This document shows positions 17,138 to 25,414 of a stretch of DNA of 64,000 nt, piece after piece. The stretch spans positions 7,488 through 71,487 of the forward strand of contig NZ_CAMCVG010000001.1 of assembly GCF_945881795.1 (NCBI RefSeq). The letters are read 5' to 3'. Position 1 is the stretch's first letter. Each line of letters begins with the position of its first letter. Made by a program: the position numbers and the translations under genes. Source of the stretch: Rhodoferax sp. OV413 (GTDB lineage Bacteria; Pseudomonadota; Gammaproteobacteria; Burkholderiales; Burkholderiaceae_C). The notes below the pieces were generated by a model that saw only the letters and a program-made list of their open reading frames with translations, was not told where the DNA came from and ran no database searches.

Positions 17138-19231
17138 ATGCGGGCCCATCCGAAACTCCGACCTATCGTTATTGCCACCATTACCGCCTGCTGCAGCGCT
17201 GGCGTTATGGCCCAGACCCTGCAGGAAGTCGTCGTATCAGCCTCACGCAGTGAGCAAAAAAGTTTTGACGCGCCCGCTGCGGTGCAAAGCGTGGGGCGCG
17301 AAGTCATTCAAGACGCCGGTCCGCAGGTCAACCTGTCCGAGTCTCTGGTGCGAGTGCCTGGCCTGACCATTTTGGACCGCCAGAACTACGCGCAGGACTT
17401 ACAGCTCTCGATCCGCGGCTTCGGCGCCCGCGCGACTTTTGGCATTCGCGGTATCCGCTTGTTGATTGACGGGATTCCGGCCAGCACCCCCGACGGTCAG
17501 GGCCAGGGCTCCAGCATCAGCCTGCCGTCTACCGAGCGCATTGAGGTGTTGCGCGGACCGCTGGCTCTGCTGTATGGCAATTCCTCGGGCGGCGTGATTC
17601 AAGCATTCACCAAGCCCGCACCCGACGCCCCCACGGTGGACTACCAGTACTACGTGGGCTCCTATGGATTGCACCGCGCGGACTACCAGTTTGGCGACAC
17701 GGTGGGCAAAGTGGGCATCGTGGCCGACTACAGCACCATGAGCATTGACGGTTACCGCGCCAACAGCACGACCGAGCGCAAGCAGTTCAACGGCAAGCTC
17801 GCCATGGACCTGAACGATGACCTCAAGGTCAATCTGGTGTTCAACCAGTTTGATATGCCGCTGGCCCGCGACCCGCTGGGTTTGACCCGGGCCCAGCTTC
17901 AGCAAGATCCGTCTGCCGCGGGAACCAATGCCACTAGCACCCTGACACGCAAAATCGTGGCGCAAAACCAGGTCGGTAGTTCGGCTACCTATGCGCTGGA
18001 CAAAGACCAGTCGCTGACCGGCCGCGTGTATTACGGCAACCGCGAGAACACCCAGTACCTGTCGTCAAGTCGATGGGTGGGCTTGACCCGCGACTACTAC
18101 GGCGTGGGCCTGCAGTACAACGCCCGCACCAAGGTGGCCGACACGCCAGTGGAGTGGGTCACTGGGTACGAGTTCGACCGCTCACGGGAATACCGGGTGG
18201 GTGGTCTTTCGCCGGCGGGCCAAAAAACCGGCGCCAACACCCGCAGCGAGGACAACCAGTCCGAGAACAGCGATTTGTTTGTGCAAGGCACGGCCGCGCT
18301 GTCCGAGAAGGTGTCGGTCGCGGCGGGCCTGCGCAACAGCACGGTGCGTTTCATCAGCGATGACTATTACACCAGCGGCGGCGACCCTAATGGCTCGGGT
18401 AATGTGTCGTACCAGGCTACCAGCCCAGTGGTGGGCGTCACCTTCCATGCCTCCGACAGCCTGAACCTGTATGCTAACTATGGCAAGGGTTTTGAGACGC
18501 CTACGCTGGCCGAAATGGCGTATGTGCCTACGGCTGGAAGCACGACATTGCTGTCGGGCCAGTTCAACACGGCGCTCAACGCATCCACCAGCCGGCATTA
18601 CGAGCTGGGCACCAAGTGGGCGCCGACCGAGACCTCGCGGGTTGATTTCGCTTACTACCAAATCGACACTACCGACGAAATCGTCATTGAGCGCAGCAGC
18701 CAGGGGCAGAATTCCTTCAAAAATGCACCGGGTACCAGCCGCAGTGGCTGGGAGCTGTCTGCGAGCAGCCAGTGGACCCCGCATATCGCCTTGACTGCGT
18801 CGGCCGCGATGATTGACGCGCAGTATTCACAGACCTTTACCACCGGCACGACGACCGTGGCTTCCGGCAGCAAGATGCCTGGCATTCCGCAAACCTCGGT
18901 GTACTCGGAACTGGCCTGGACCAGCCAGCCGGCCGGTGCAAGCCGCACGCCCAATGGGCTGCGCTTGGCGGTGGAGATGGTGCAGTCGGGCCGTATTTAT
19001 GCCAATGACAGCAATACCGAGTCAGCCGATGGCCGCACCGTGTTCAACCTGAGCGCCAGCCAGCGCTGGGGCGTGGGCAAGGGGTCCTTGACCGCTTACG
19101 CGCGGCTCAACAACCTGAGCGACGAGCGCTATGTCGGCTCGGTCATCGTGAACCAATCGGCCTTGCAGTTCTACGAGCCGGGTCTGCCGCAGAACTGGAC
19201 GGTGGGCCTGAGCCTGCGCGTTCCGCTGTAA
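17138..19231 (+). CDS. TonB-dependent outer-membrane receptor
   Basis: 697 aa with a signal peptide, a TonB box-like LQEVVVSASR, a plug domain (RVPGLTILDRQNYAQDLQLSIRGFG) and a long beta-barrel with alternating pattern. Confidence 0.85.
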   Translation: MRAHPKLRPIVIATITACCSAGVMAQTLQEVVVSASRSEQKSFDAPAAVQSVGREVIQDAGPQVNLSESLVRVPGLTILDRQNYAQDLQLSIRGFGARATFGIRGIRLLIDGIPASTPDGQGQGSSISLPSTERIEVLRGPLALLYGNSSGGVIQAFTKPAPDAPTVDYQYYVGSYGLHRADYQFGDTVGKVGIVADYSTMSIDGYRANSTTERKQFNGKLAMDLNDDLKVNLVFNQFDMPLARDPLGLTRAQLQQDPSAAGTNATSTLTRKIVAQNQVGSSATYALDKDQSLTGRVYYGNRENTQYLSSSRWVGLTRDYYGVGLQYNARTKVADTPVEWVTGYEFDRSREYRVGGLSPAGQKTGANTRSEDNQSENSDLFVQGTAALSEKVSVAAGLRNSTVRFISDDYYTSGGDPNGSGNVSYQATSPVVGVTFHASDSLNLYANYGKGFETPTLAEMAYVPTAGSTTLLSGQFNTALNASTSRHYELGTKWAPTETSRVDFAYYQIDTTDEIVIERSSQGQNSFKNAPGTSRSGWELSASSQWTPHIALTASAAMIDAQYSQTFTTGTTTVASGSKMPGIPQTSVYSELAWTSQPAGASRTPNGLRLAVEMVQSGRIYANDSNTESADGRTVFNLSASQRWGVGKGSLTAYARLNNLSDERYVGSVIVNQSALQFYEPGLPQNWTVGLSLRVPL

Positions 19232-19233
19232 GG

Positions 19234-20199
19234 CTAAAACTTCTCCCACGGCGCCAGATAGCGCCACTGGCCGGCCGGCAGGTCGGCCAGGGAGACGCGC
19301 CCGAGGCGCACGCGTTTGATTCCCAGCATCTGCAGTTGCGCGGTCTCGCACAAGTAGGCGATCAGGCCGGGGTGTGAGCCTTTCACGGCGAAGCGCAGGC
19401 GGCTCATCTCGGGCGTGCTGCTGCTCACACTCACCTTCACCGCAGGCAGCGTGAGCCGCGGATCTTTCAGGGCGTAGCCTATGGGCTTGAGCGCTTCGGG
19501 CGCGACCTCGCCCTGCACCTCGACCAGATATTCGTGCTCCATGGTGGCCATGTCTTCGCTGAGCTTGCGGGTGGTGCGCCAGTCCTGGGTGAAGACGACC
19601 AATCCGCTGGCACCGGTTTCCAGCTCCACGTCTGCCTCTAAATGCTGAAAGTGCCGCTTGAGCACGCGCTGGCCGCTGGGGTCGGTGCTCCAGTGGTGGG
19701 CGGCCGTGAGCAGTTGGCGGGCATCCGGGGGCGCTTTTTTGCGGCCGGGTTCATCCAGCCCGTCGGTGTGGCCGGCGGGCTTGTTCACCACCAAAGTGAC
19801 GGCGGTGAGCTCCATCAGGCTGGCCTCGGGGTCTAGCGTGACGGTCTGGTGGTCTACGCGGTGCTGGGGCTCTTCCACCAATGCCCCATCAACGCGCACC
19901 CAACCGCCTTCGATGTATTGCTCGGCCTCTTTGCGCGAGCAGCCTTTGAGTTGCATCACTCTTTTGGACAGTCGCTCGCCGGTGTCCGGCAGTGTCGGGG
20001 CGGCGGCTTGCGGGTGTGGCGCTTTACGCGGGGGGCTAGTGCGAGGAGGGCTAGTGCGAGCGGGGCTGGTCCGAGGGCCTGGGGGGCCCGGGCGTTTGTC
20101 AGCTTGTGGCGGCCCTGCATTTTTCTGCGCTGCTTTTGGGGGAGCCATTGCTTGCGCCGCCACCGGTTTGGGCTGGAGCTTGAGGGTGCTTCGGCTCAT
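19234..20199 (-). CDS. S4-domain pseudouridine-synthase-like protein (RsuA/RluF-like fold, catalytic Asp not conserved)
   Basis: The start is placed at MSRSTLKL (ATGA overlap with the upstream MBL gene stop). S4 motif: RLSKRVMQLKGCSRKEAEQYIEGGWVRVDG. The RsuA-family motif GRLDxxTxGL reads VELETGASGL here. Confidence 0.6.
   Translation of the reverse strand: MSRSTLKLQPKPVAAQAMAPPKAAQKNAGPPQADKRPGPPGPRTSPARTSPPRTSPPRKAPHPQAAAPTLPDTGERLSKRVMQLKGCSRKEAEQYIEGGWVRVDGALVEEPQHRVDHQTVTLDPEASLMELTAVTLVVNKPAGHTDGLDEPGRKKAPPDARQLLTAAHHWSTDPSGQRVLKRHFQHLEADVELETGASGLVVFTQDWRTTRKLSEDMATMEHEYLVEVQGEVAPEALKPIGYALKDPRLTLPAVKVSVSSSTPEMSRLRFAVKGSHPGLIAYLCETAQLQMLGIKRVRLGRVSLADLPAGQWRYLAPWEKF
20033..20077. repeat. 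Three imperfect 15-bp tandem repeats inside the coding region
   Basis: GGGCTAGTGCGAGGA / GGGCTAGTGCGAGCG / GGGCTGGTCCGAGGG on the + strand. They encode the RTSP(A/P) repeats of the N-terminal extension of the minus-strand gene. Confidence 0.6.
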
Positions 20200-21143
20200 G
20201 GGCGGCCTGTTTGGTTGGCGAGGGCGTAAATGCGTTCCACGTGCGCGAGCAGCGAGCGTTTGGCCACCGGCCAGAGCCGCGGCTCGACGTCGTCGTAGGC
20301 CAGGGGCAGCCAATCGTCCAGTCCGGCAAGCGGCAGGGCTTGCATGGCGGCGGCCACTTTGGCCTCGCGGCGCAGGCGGTGTGACTTGAGTGTGGCGATG
20401 GCTTCCAGAGCGCCGTCCATCACATGGCCGTGGGCCGGCAGGATGTAGCGAATCGCCTGGTCGGAGCAGGCGGCGCTGAGCGCGTCGAGCGAGTTCAGGT
20501 AGTCGTGCATGTTGCCGTCGGGCGGGTCGATGACGGTGGTACTGCCGTTGAGGATGTGGTCGCCGCTGAACAGCAGGCCCTCGTCCTCCAGCAGCAGGCA
20601 CAGATGGTTGGCGGCATGTCCGGGGGTGAACAGGACCCTCAGGGTGTGCGCCGGATTGAGGGTGTTTTCGGCGTCTGAGGCAGGCAGGATATGCGTGAGC
20701 AGCTCATGATTTGATAGCACTCTGTCTGGGCTGAACTCGCTGGCGGCCCGCGCTGTTGGCGCTGAGGGCAGGCCCAGAATCGGTGGGCCACCCTGGCACA
20801 GGGCCTTCAGGGGCGCGGCGCCGGGCGCATGGTCTGGGTGGGAGTGGGTGCAGACGATGCGCAGAATGTTTCCGCCGGAGCCGTCTTCGAACAGCGCTGC
20901 CTGCCAGAGGCGCCGCAGGTGGTCCAGGTCAGCGGGGCCGGGGTCGATGACGGTGTAACCGGTGGCGGGCTCGCCGACCAGATAGCTGTTGGTGCCCGGG
21001 CCGGTCATCACGCCGGGGTTGGGGGCGGTCAGGCGCTGCACATGGCGCGTCAGGGGAACAGGACGATCGGTCTGCCAGGCGCCGACCAGCGAGGCATCGG
21101 CCGGCGACACATTGCCGGGCAGGAGGTGGTGAGGGCTGACCAT
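20196..21143 (-). CDS. MBL-fold metallo-hydrolase
   Basis: HxHxDH motif ([11 protein letters not shown]) with downstream His/Asp ligands. The start is chosen at MVSPHHLL (21143), because the longer ORF would overlap dapF. Confidence 0.75.
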   Translation of the reverse strand: MVSPHHLLPGNVSPADASLVGAWQTDRPVPLTRHVQRLTAPNPGVMTGPGTNSYLVGEPATGYTVIDPGPADLDHLRRLWQAALFEDGSGGNILRIVCTHSHPDHAPGAAPLKALCQGGPPILGLPSAPTARAASEFSPDRVLSNHELLTHILPASDAENTLNPAHTLRVLFTPGHAANHLCLLLEDEGLLFSGDHILNGSTTVIDPPDGNMHDYLNSLDALSAACSDQAIRYILPAHGHVMDGALEAIATLKSHRLRREAKVAAAMQALPLAGLDDWLPLAYDDVEPRLWPVAKRSLLAHVERIYALANQTGRP

Positions 21144-21180
21144 GCGGCGGATTGTGCAACCAAACGCGGATAATGATTGC

Positions 21181-22059
21181 ATGCGAATCCAGTTCACCAA
21201 AATGCAGGGCGCGGGCAACGACTTTGTGGTGCTTGACGAGACCCAAGGCCCGCTGGGCCTGACGCCGGCGCACTACCGTTTGCTGGGCGACCGCCACTTT
21301 GGTGTGGGCGCGGATCAGATTCTCACGGTGCGGCCGTCGCCCGGCGAGGGCATCGATTTCGAATACATCATCCACAACGCCGATGGCAACGAGGTCGAGC
21401 AGTGCGGTAACGGAGCGCGCTGCTTCGCCCGCTTTGTGCGCGAGCGCGGCCTCACCAGCAAAGACCGCATCCGTGTGAAAACCATGAAGGCCGTGATCGA
21501 GCCGCAGCTGACGGCGGATGGCCGCGTTACGGTGGACATGGGGCCGCCGGTGTTTGCGCCGCCCGGGATTCCGTTTGATGACAGCGGCCTCACTCTTCAG
21601 CCCATGGGAACATGGGGAAATTGGCCTCTGGCCCTCGATACCACTGCGTCACCAGCTACGCTTTTAGTAGCAACTGTGTCGATGGGAAACCCGCACGCGG
21701 TCACCCTGGTGGACGATGTGGATGCCGCGCCGATGGCCCTGTGGGGCCCGCAGGTGCAGGCCAGCCCGCGTTTCCCCCAAGGGGTGAATGTGGGCTTTAT
21801 GCAGGTGACGGGTCGGGACAGCGTGCGCCTGCGGGTGTACGAGCGCGGCGTGGGCGAGACCCTGGCCTGCGGTACCGGGGCCTGCGCGGCGGCGGTGGCC
21901 GGCATTCGCCTGGGCTTGCTCGATGGGCGTGTCGATGTCCACACCCGCGGCGGCGCGCTCACCATTGCCTGGGCGGGCGAGGGTCAGCCGGTGTTCATGA
22001 CCGGCCCTGCGACTACCGTGTTCCACGGCGAAATCGAACTGCCGGATGCGCCTCTGTAA
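21181..22059 (+). CDS. dapF: Diaminopimelate epimerase
   Basis: [20 protein letters not shown]-terminus, catalytic Cys motifs EQCGNGARC and ACGTGACAA, 292 aa. Confidence 0.9.
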   Translation: MRIQFTKMQGAGNDFVVLDETQGPLGLTPAHYRLLGDRHFGVGADQILTVRPSPGEGIDFEYIIHNADGNEVEQCGNGARCFARFVRERGLTSKDRIRVKTMKAVIEPQLTADGRVTVDMGPPVFAPPGIPFDDSGLTLQPMGTWGNWPLALDTTASPATLLVATVSMGNPHAVTLVDDVDAAPMALWGPQVQASPRFPQGVNVGFMQVTGRDSVRLRVYERGVGETLACGTGACAAAVAGIRLGLLDGRVDVHTRGGALTIAWAGEGQPVFMTGPATTVFHGEIELPDAPL

Positions 22060-22085
22060 CCTATCAACCCAGCCACACCTTCACC

Positions 22086-22796
22086 ATGACCGACGCAATG
22101 AACCCCGCACTGAACCCCGCATTAGGCAATCCCATCACCGAAGACGACATCGCCAATTACCTGGCCAACAACCCTGACTTCTTCCAACGGCATGCCGAGC
22201 TCTTGGCCACGGTGCAATTCACCAGCCCGCACAGCCACCGCACGGTGAGCCTGCAGGAGCGTCAGGCTGAAATGCTGCGCGACAAAATCAAGCTGCTGGA
22301 GCAGCGCATCATGGAAATGATTCGCCACGGTAACGAAAACGTCATGCTCTCCGACAAGATCCTGCGCTGGGCGAGGTCCTTGTTTCTCACGATCAACCCG
22401 GCCGAGCTGCCGCTCGAGGTGGAGCGCGAAATCAAGGAGCAGTTCGCCGTGCCACAGGTGGCTTTGCGCCTGTGGGGTTTGGCCGAGAGTTACGCCGCCC
22501 TGCCTGCCGCGCAGGCGGTGACCGATGATGCAAAGGTGTTTGCCTCCTCGCTTGCCGAGCCCTTTTGCGGCCTGAACACCGGCTTTGAGGCGGTGGGCTG
22601 GCTCGAAGCCCCCGCCGAAGTGCGCTCTCTTGCGCTGCTGCCCCTGCGCAGTGGTGTGGCGGGCAGCCAGGCGCCGGCCTTTGGCATGCTGGTGCTGGCT
22701 TCCAGCGACGCGCAACGCTTTCAGGCGGGCATGGGCACCGACTTTCTGGCCCGCATCGGCGAGATTGCCAGCGCGGCGCTCTCCCGCCTGCGTTAG
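22086..22796 (+). CDS. DUF484 family protein
   Basis: 236 aa from the ATG at 22086. ITEDDIANYLANNPDFFQRHAELL is the typical DUF484 N-terminus. The position between dapF and xerC is conserved in proteobacteria. Confidence 0.7.
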   Translation: MTDAMNPALNPALGNPITEDDIANYLANNPDFFQRHAELLATVQFTSPHSHRTVSLQERQAEMLRDKIKLLEQRIMEMIRHGNENVMLSDKILRWARSLFLTINPAELPLEVEREIKEQFAVPQVALRLWGLAESYAALPAAQAVTDDAKVFASSLAEPFCGLNTGFEAVGWLEAPAEVRSLALLPLRSGVAGSQAPAFGMLVLASSDAQRFQAGMGTDFLARIGEIASAALSRLR

Positions 22797-22854
22797 AGCG
22801 CAGTTCTGGCCGGAAAGCCGTCGCCAGCGCGCGTAAATCACCCGTCACGCATCC

Positions 22855-23871
22855 ATGGATCAGACTGCCGGCGACCTCGCACTGGTTGAAAAATACCTCG
22901 AGTTTGTTCGCGTCGAAAAGCGCCTGGCCCAACGCACGGTAGAGCTCTACGCGCTGGACCTCGCCAAGCTCGCAGAGCAGGCCTCGCGCACCGGAGTTGC
23001 CCTCCTGGACGTCAAAAACCACCACATCCGACGCTGGGTCGCACAGATGCATGGCGCCGGGCGCAGCGGGCGCGGCATTGCGCTCATCCTGTCGGGCTGG
23101 CGCGGGTTCTACGCCTGGCTAGGGCGTGAGGGGCGGGTCCCGAGCAATCCGGTGCTGGATGTGCGCTCGCCCAAGGCGCCCAAGCCGTTGCCCAAGGCGC
23201 TGGCGGTGGACGACGCGGTGCAGTTTGCCGACTTTGAGAGTGACGACAACGCCTGGCTGGAAGCCCGTGACGCCGCCATGGTGGAGCTGCTCTACGGCAG
23301 CGGCCTGCGGGTGGGTGAGCTCGTCGGGCTCGATGTGAGGCCCGGCAAGCACGCCAAAGGCTGGGTTGACCTGCAAGCCGCCGAGGCCCATGTGCTGGGC
23401 AAAGGCTCCAAGCGCCGCAGCGTGCCGGTGGGCGCTGCTGCCTTGAGGGCCCTGCAGCGTTGGCTTGCATTGCGAATCCCTGAGGGCGCCGGCAATCCCG
23501 GCGAGGGCAAGACAGACGCTGGTGATGTGGGCGGCGCAGCGAGAGGCGGTGAAGGTGCGGGCGGTGGAGGTGCCGGGGCAGCCTTGTTCACCGGCCTGCG
23601 CGGCACGCGGCTTACCGCCCAAAGCGTGTGGCAGCGGCTCAGGCGCCGCAGCCGGTTGGCCGGGCTGAACGTGCCGGTACATCCGCACATGCTGCGCCAC
23701 TCGTTTGCCAGCCATGTGCTGCAAAGCAGCGGCGACCTGCGCGCCGTGCAGGAGCTGCTGGGGCATGCCAACATCAGCACCACGCAGGTCTATACCCGTC
23801 TGGATTTTCAGCACCTCGCCAAAGCCTACGACGCGGCCCATCCGCGCGCCAAGCTCAAGCCGAAGCCCTGA
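22855..23871 (+). CDS. xerC: Tyrosine recombinase XerC
   Basis: 338 aa. The R..HxxR..Y catalytic set is visible (GLRVGELVGL, HMLRHSFASHVL, GHANISTTQVYTRL), and the dapF-DUF484-xerC synteny supports the call. Confidence 0.85.
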   Translation: MDQTAGDLALVEKYLEFVRVEKRLAQRTVELYALDLAKLAEQASRTGVALLDVKNHHIRRWVAQMHGAGRSGRGIALILSGWRGFYAWLGREGRVPSNPVLDVRSPKAPKPLPKALAVDDAVQFADFESDDNAWLEARDAAMVELLYGSGLRVGELVGLDVRPGKHAKGWVDLQAAEAHVLGKGSKRRSVPVGAAALRALQRWLALRIPEGAGNPGEGKTDAGDVGGAARGGEGAGGGGAGAALFTGLRGTRLTAQSVWQRLRRRSRLAGLNVPVHPHMLRHSFASHVLQSSGDLRAVQELLGHANISTTQVYTRLDFQHLAKAYDAAHPRAKLKPKP

Positions 23872-23954
23872 AGGCAAAGTGTTGACAGGTGAGTGTTCAT
23901 GAGGCGCTCCGCCGAAAGGAGCCGTTCGCCGGTATATAATCGCTCCTTTGAAAC

Positions 23955-24030
23955 GCGGGAATAGCTCAGTTGGTAGAGCGCAACCTTGCCAAGGTTGAGG
24001 TCGAGAGTTCGAGACTCTTTTCCCGCTCCA
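23955..24030 (+). tRNA. tRNA-Gly (anticodon GCC)
   Basis: GCGGGAATAGCTCAGTTGGTAGAGCGCAACCTTGCCAAGGTTGAGGTCGAGAGTTCGAGACTCTTTTCCCGCTCCA. Cloverleaf fold with anticodon loop CTTGCCAAG and an encoded CCA. A TATAAT hexamer lies at 23935-23940. Confidence 0.95.
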
Positions 24031-24058
24031 GATTTTCCCATTCGGGTCTCTCAAAAAA

Positions 24059-24089
24059 GGTCAGCAACACGCTGGCCTTTTTTGTTTTC
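24059..24089 (+). terminator. Rho-independent terminator after tRNA-Gly
   Basis: GGTCAGC-AACAC-GCTGGCC stem-loop (one G-U pair) followed by TTTTTTGTTTT. Confidence 0.5.
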
Positions 24090-24148
24090 GGCCCTCTGCG
24101 CCTGTGCTGCTGATCCCGCGCAGATTGGCTGACAGCGACAATACCCCC

Positions 24149-25330
24149 ATGAAAATTATTCGACTCCGGGCCGGCAAAGAGCGCTCTTTGCTGCGACGCC
24201 ACCCTTGGATTTTTGAGTCCGCCATCGCCAAAGGCGGCGGAGACAGCGGCGAGACGGTGCGGGTCGAGTCGGCGGAGGGCGGCTTTTTGGGCTGGGCGGC
24301 GTTCAGCCCTGCCTCCAAAATCCGCGCGCGGGTCTGGAGTTTTGATGAGGCGCAGCGCATCGACGCTAGCTTTTTCATAGCTGCTTGCGCAAGCGCCATA
24401 AGGGCAAGAGCCCGTTTTGATATCCAAAGTGACGGTGTGCGGCTGATTCACGGCGAGTCAGACGGCTTGCCCGGCCTGATTGTGGACCGCTACGGCGACA
24501 CGCTGGTCGCGCAGTTCACCTCGGCCGGCGTAGAAAAGTGGAAGCCGGTCATTGCGGATGCGCTCCTGGCGGCCACCGGCCTTGCCAAACTCTACGAGCG
24601 CTCGGACGCTAGCAGCCGGGCCTTGGAAGGCCTGTCCGAGGCCACCGGCTGGCTGCGCGGCGATGGCCCCACCGACCTGGTGCTGCGCGAGCACGACTGG
24701 CAGCTGGCCTTGAGCATCGCCGAGGGCCACAAGACCGGCTTTTACCTCGACCAGCGCGACAGCCGCCAGAAATTTGCCCAGACCACCCGCCGCCTGGGCC
24801 TGCAGCGGGTGCTCAACTGCTACTGCTACACCGGCGGGTTTACCGTGGCGGCTCTCTCCGGCGGCGCAGCTCAGGTGACCTCCATCGACTCCAGCGGCCC
24901 GGCCATCGCCAAAGCGCGTGCCAATGTGGCGCTCAACGGCTTTGATGCCGGTCGCGCAACGTTCATGGACGCCGACGTCAACGCGTCGCTGCGCGCCTTT
25001 GCGGCTGAAGGGCGCAGCTTTGACGCCATCATTCTCGACCCGCCTAAATTTGCGCCAACGGTGGCGCATGCGGAGCGGGCGGCACGGGCCTATAAGGACA
25101 TCAACCGCCTGGCCTTCAAGCTCCTGGAGCCCGGCGGCGTGCTGTTTACCTACAGCTGCTCGGGCGGCATCAGCGCCGACTTGTTCCACAAGATCGTGGC
25201 TGGCGCCGGTTCAGACGCCGGGGTCGACGGATTTATCACCGACCGCATGGGCGGAGCGCCCGACCATCCCATGACCATCGCCTTCCCCGAGGGGGAGTAC
25301 CTCAAGGGTCTGGTAGTGATGCGCCGCTAG
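24149..25330 (+). CDS. rlmI: 23S rRNA (cytosine-C5) methyltransferase RlmI-like, SAM-dependent
   Basis: Start at MKIIRLRAGKERSLLRRHPWIF (PUA-like N-terminus). SAM-binding motif VLNCYCYTGGF, and DPPKF. Confidence 0.8.
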   Translation: MKIIRLRAGKERSLLRRHPWIFESAIAKGGGDSGETVRVESAEGGFLGWAAFSPASKIRARVWSFDEAQRIDASFFIAACASAIRARARFDIQSDGVRLIHGESDGLPGLIVDRYGDTLVAQFTSAGVEKWKPVIADALLAATGLAKLYERSDASSRALEGLSEATGWLRGDGPTDLVLREHDWQLALSIAEGHKTGFYLDQRDSRQKFAQTTRRLGLQRVLNCYCYTGGFTVAALSGGAAQVTSIDSSGPAIAKARANVALNGFDAGRATFMDADVNASLRAFAAEGRSFDAIILDPPKFAPTVAHAERAARAYKDINRLAFKLLEPGGVLFTYSCSGGISADLFHKIVAGAGSDAGVDGFITDRMGGAPDHPMTIAFPEGEYLKGLVVMRR

Positions 25331-25414
25331 GTAGCCAACGGACGAGTTCGCAATTCCTGACTACACTGCGCACTTCGCAAATTTTGCAGTGCACCATTTT
25401 TTGGAGCTAGATCG

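Noticed and set aside
20200-20601. Upstream 134 codons of the 455-aa ORF 19234-20601
   Set aside because: It overlaps the 3' part of the MBL hydrolase gene and is Arg/Pro-rich. The ATG at 20199 gives an ATGA coupling to the MBL stop.
21612-22085. N-terminal 158 codons of the 394-aa ORF 21612-22796
   Set aside because: This part overlaps dapF in another frame and is Arg/Gly-rich. The DUF484 homology begins at the ATG at 22086.
23872-24148. tRNA-Gly next to a tyrosine recombinase as a genomic-island integration site
   Set aside because: The recombinase is the housekeeping XerC in its conserved dapF-DUF484-xerC context. No duplicated tRNA 3' fragment (att repeat) or foreign-looking genes follow the tRNA; rlmI comes next.
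25331-25414. Zur box upstream of the COG0523 gene
   Set aside because: No AT-rich GTTAT-type palindrome is present, only GCAAA-T-TTTGC. This is reported as an open question rather than as a feature.
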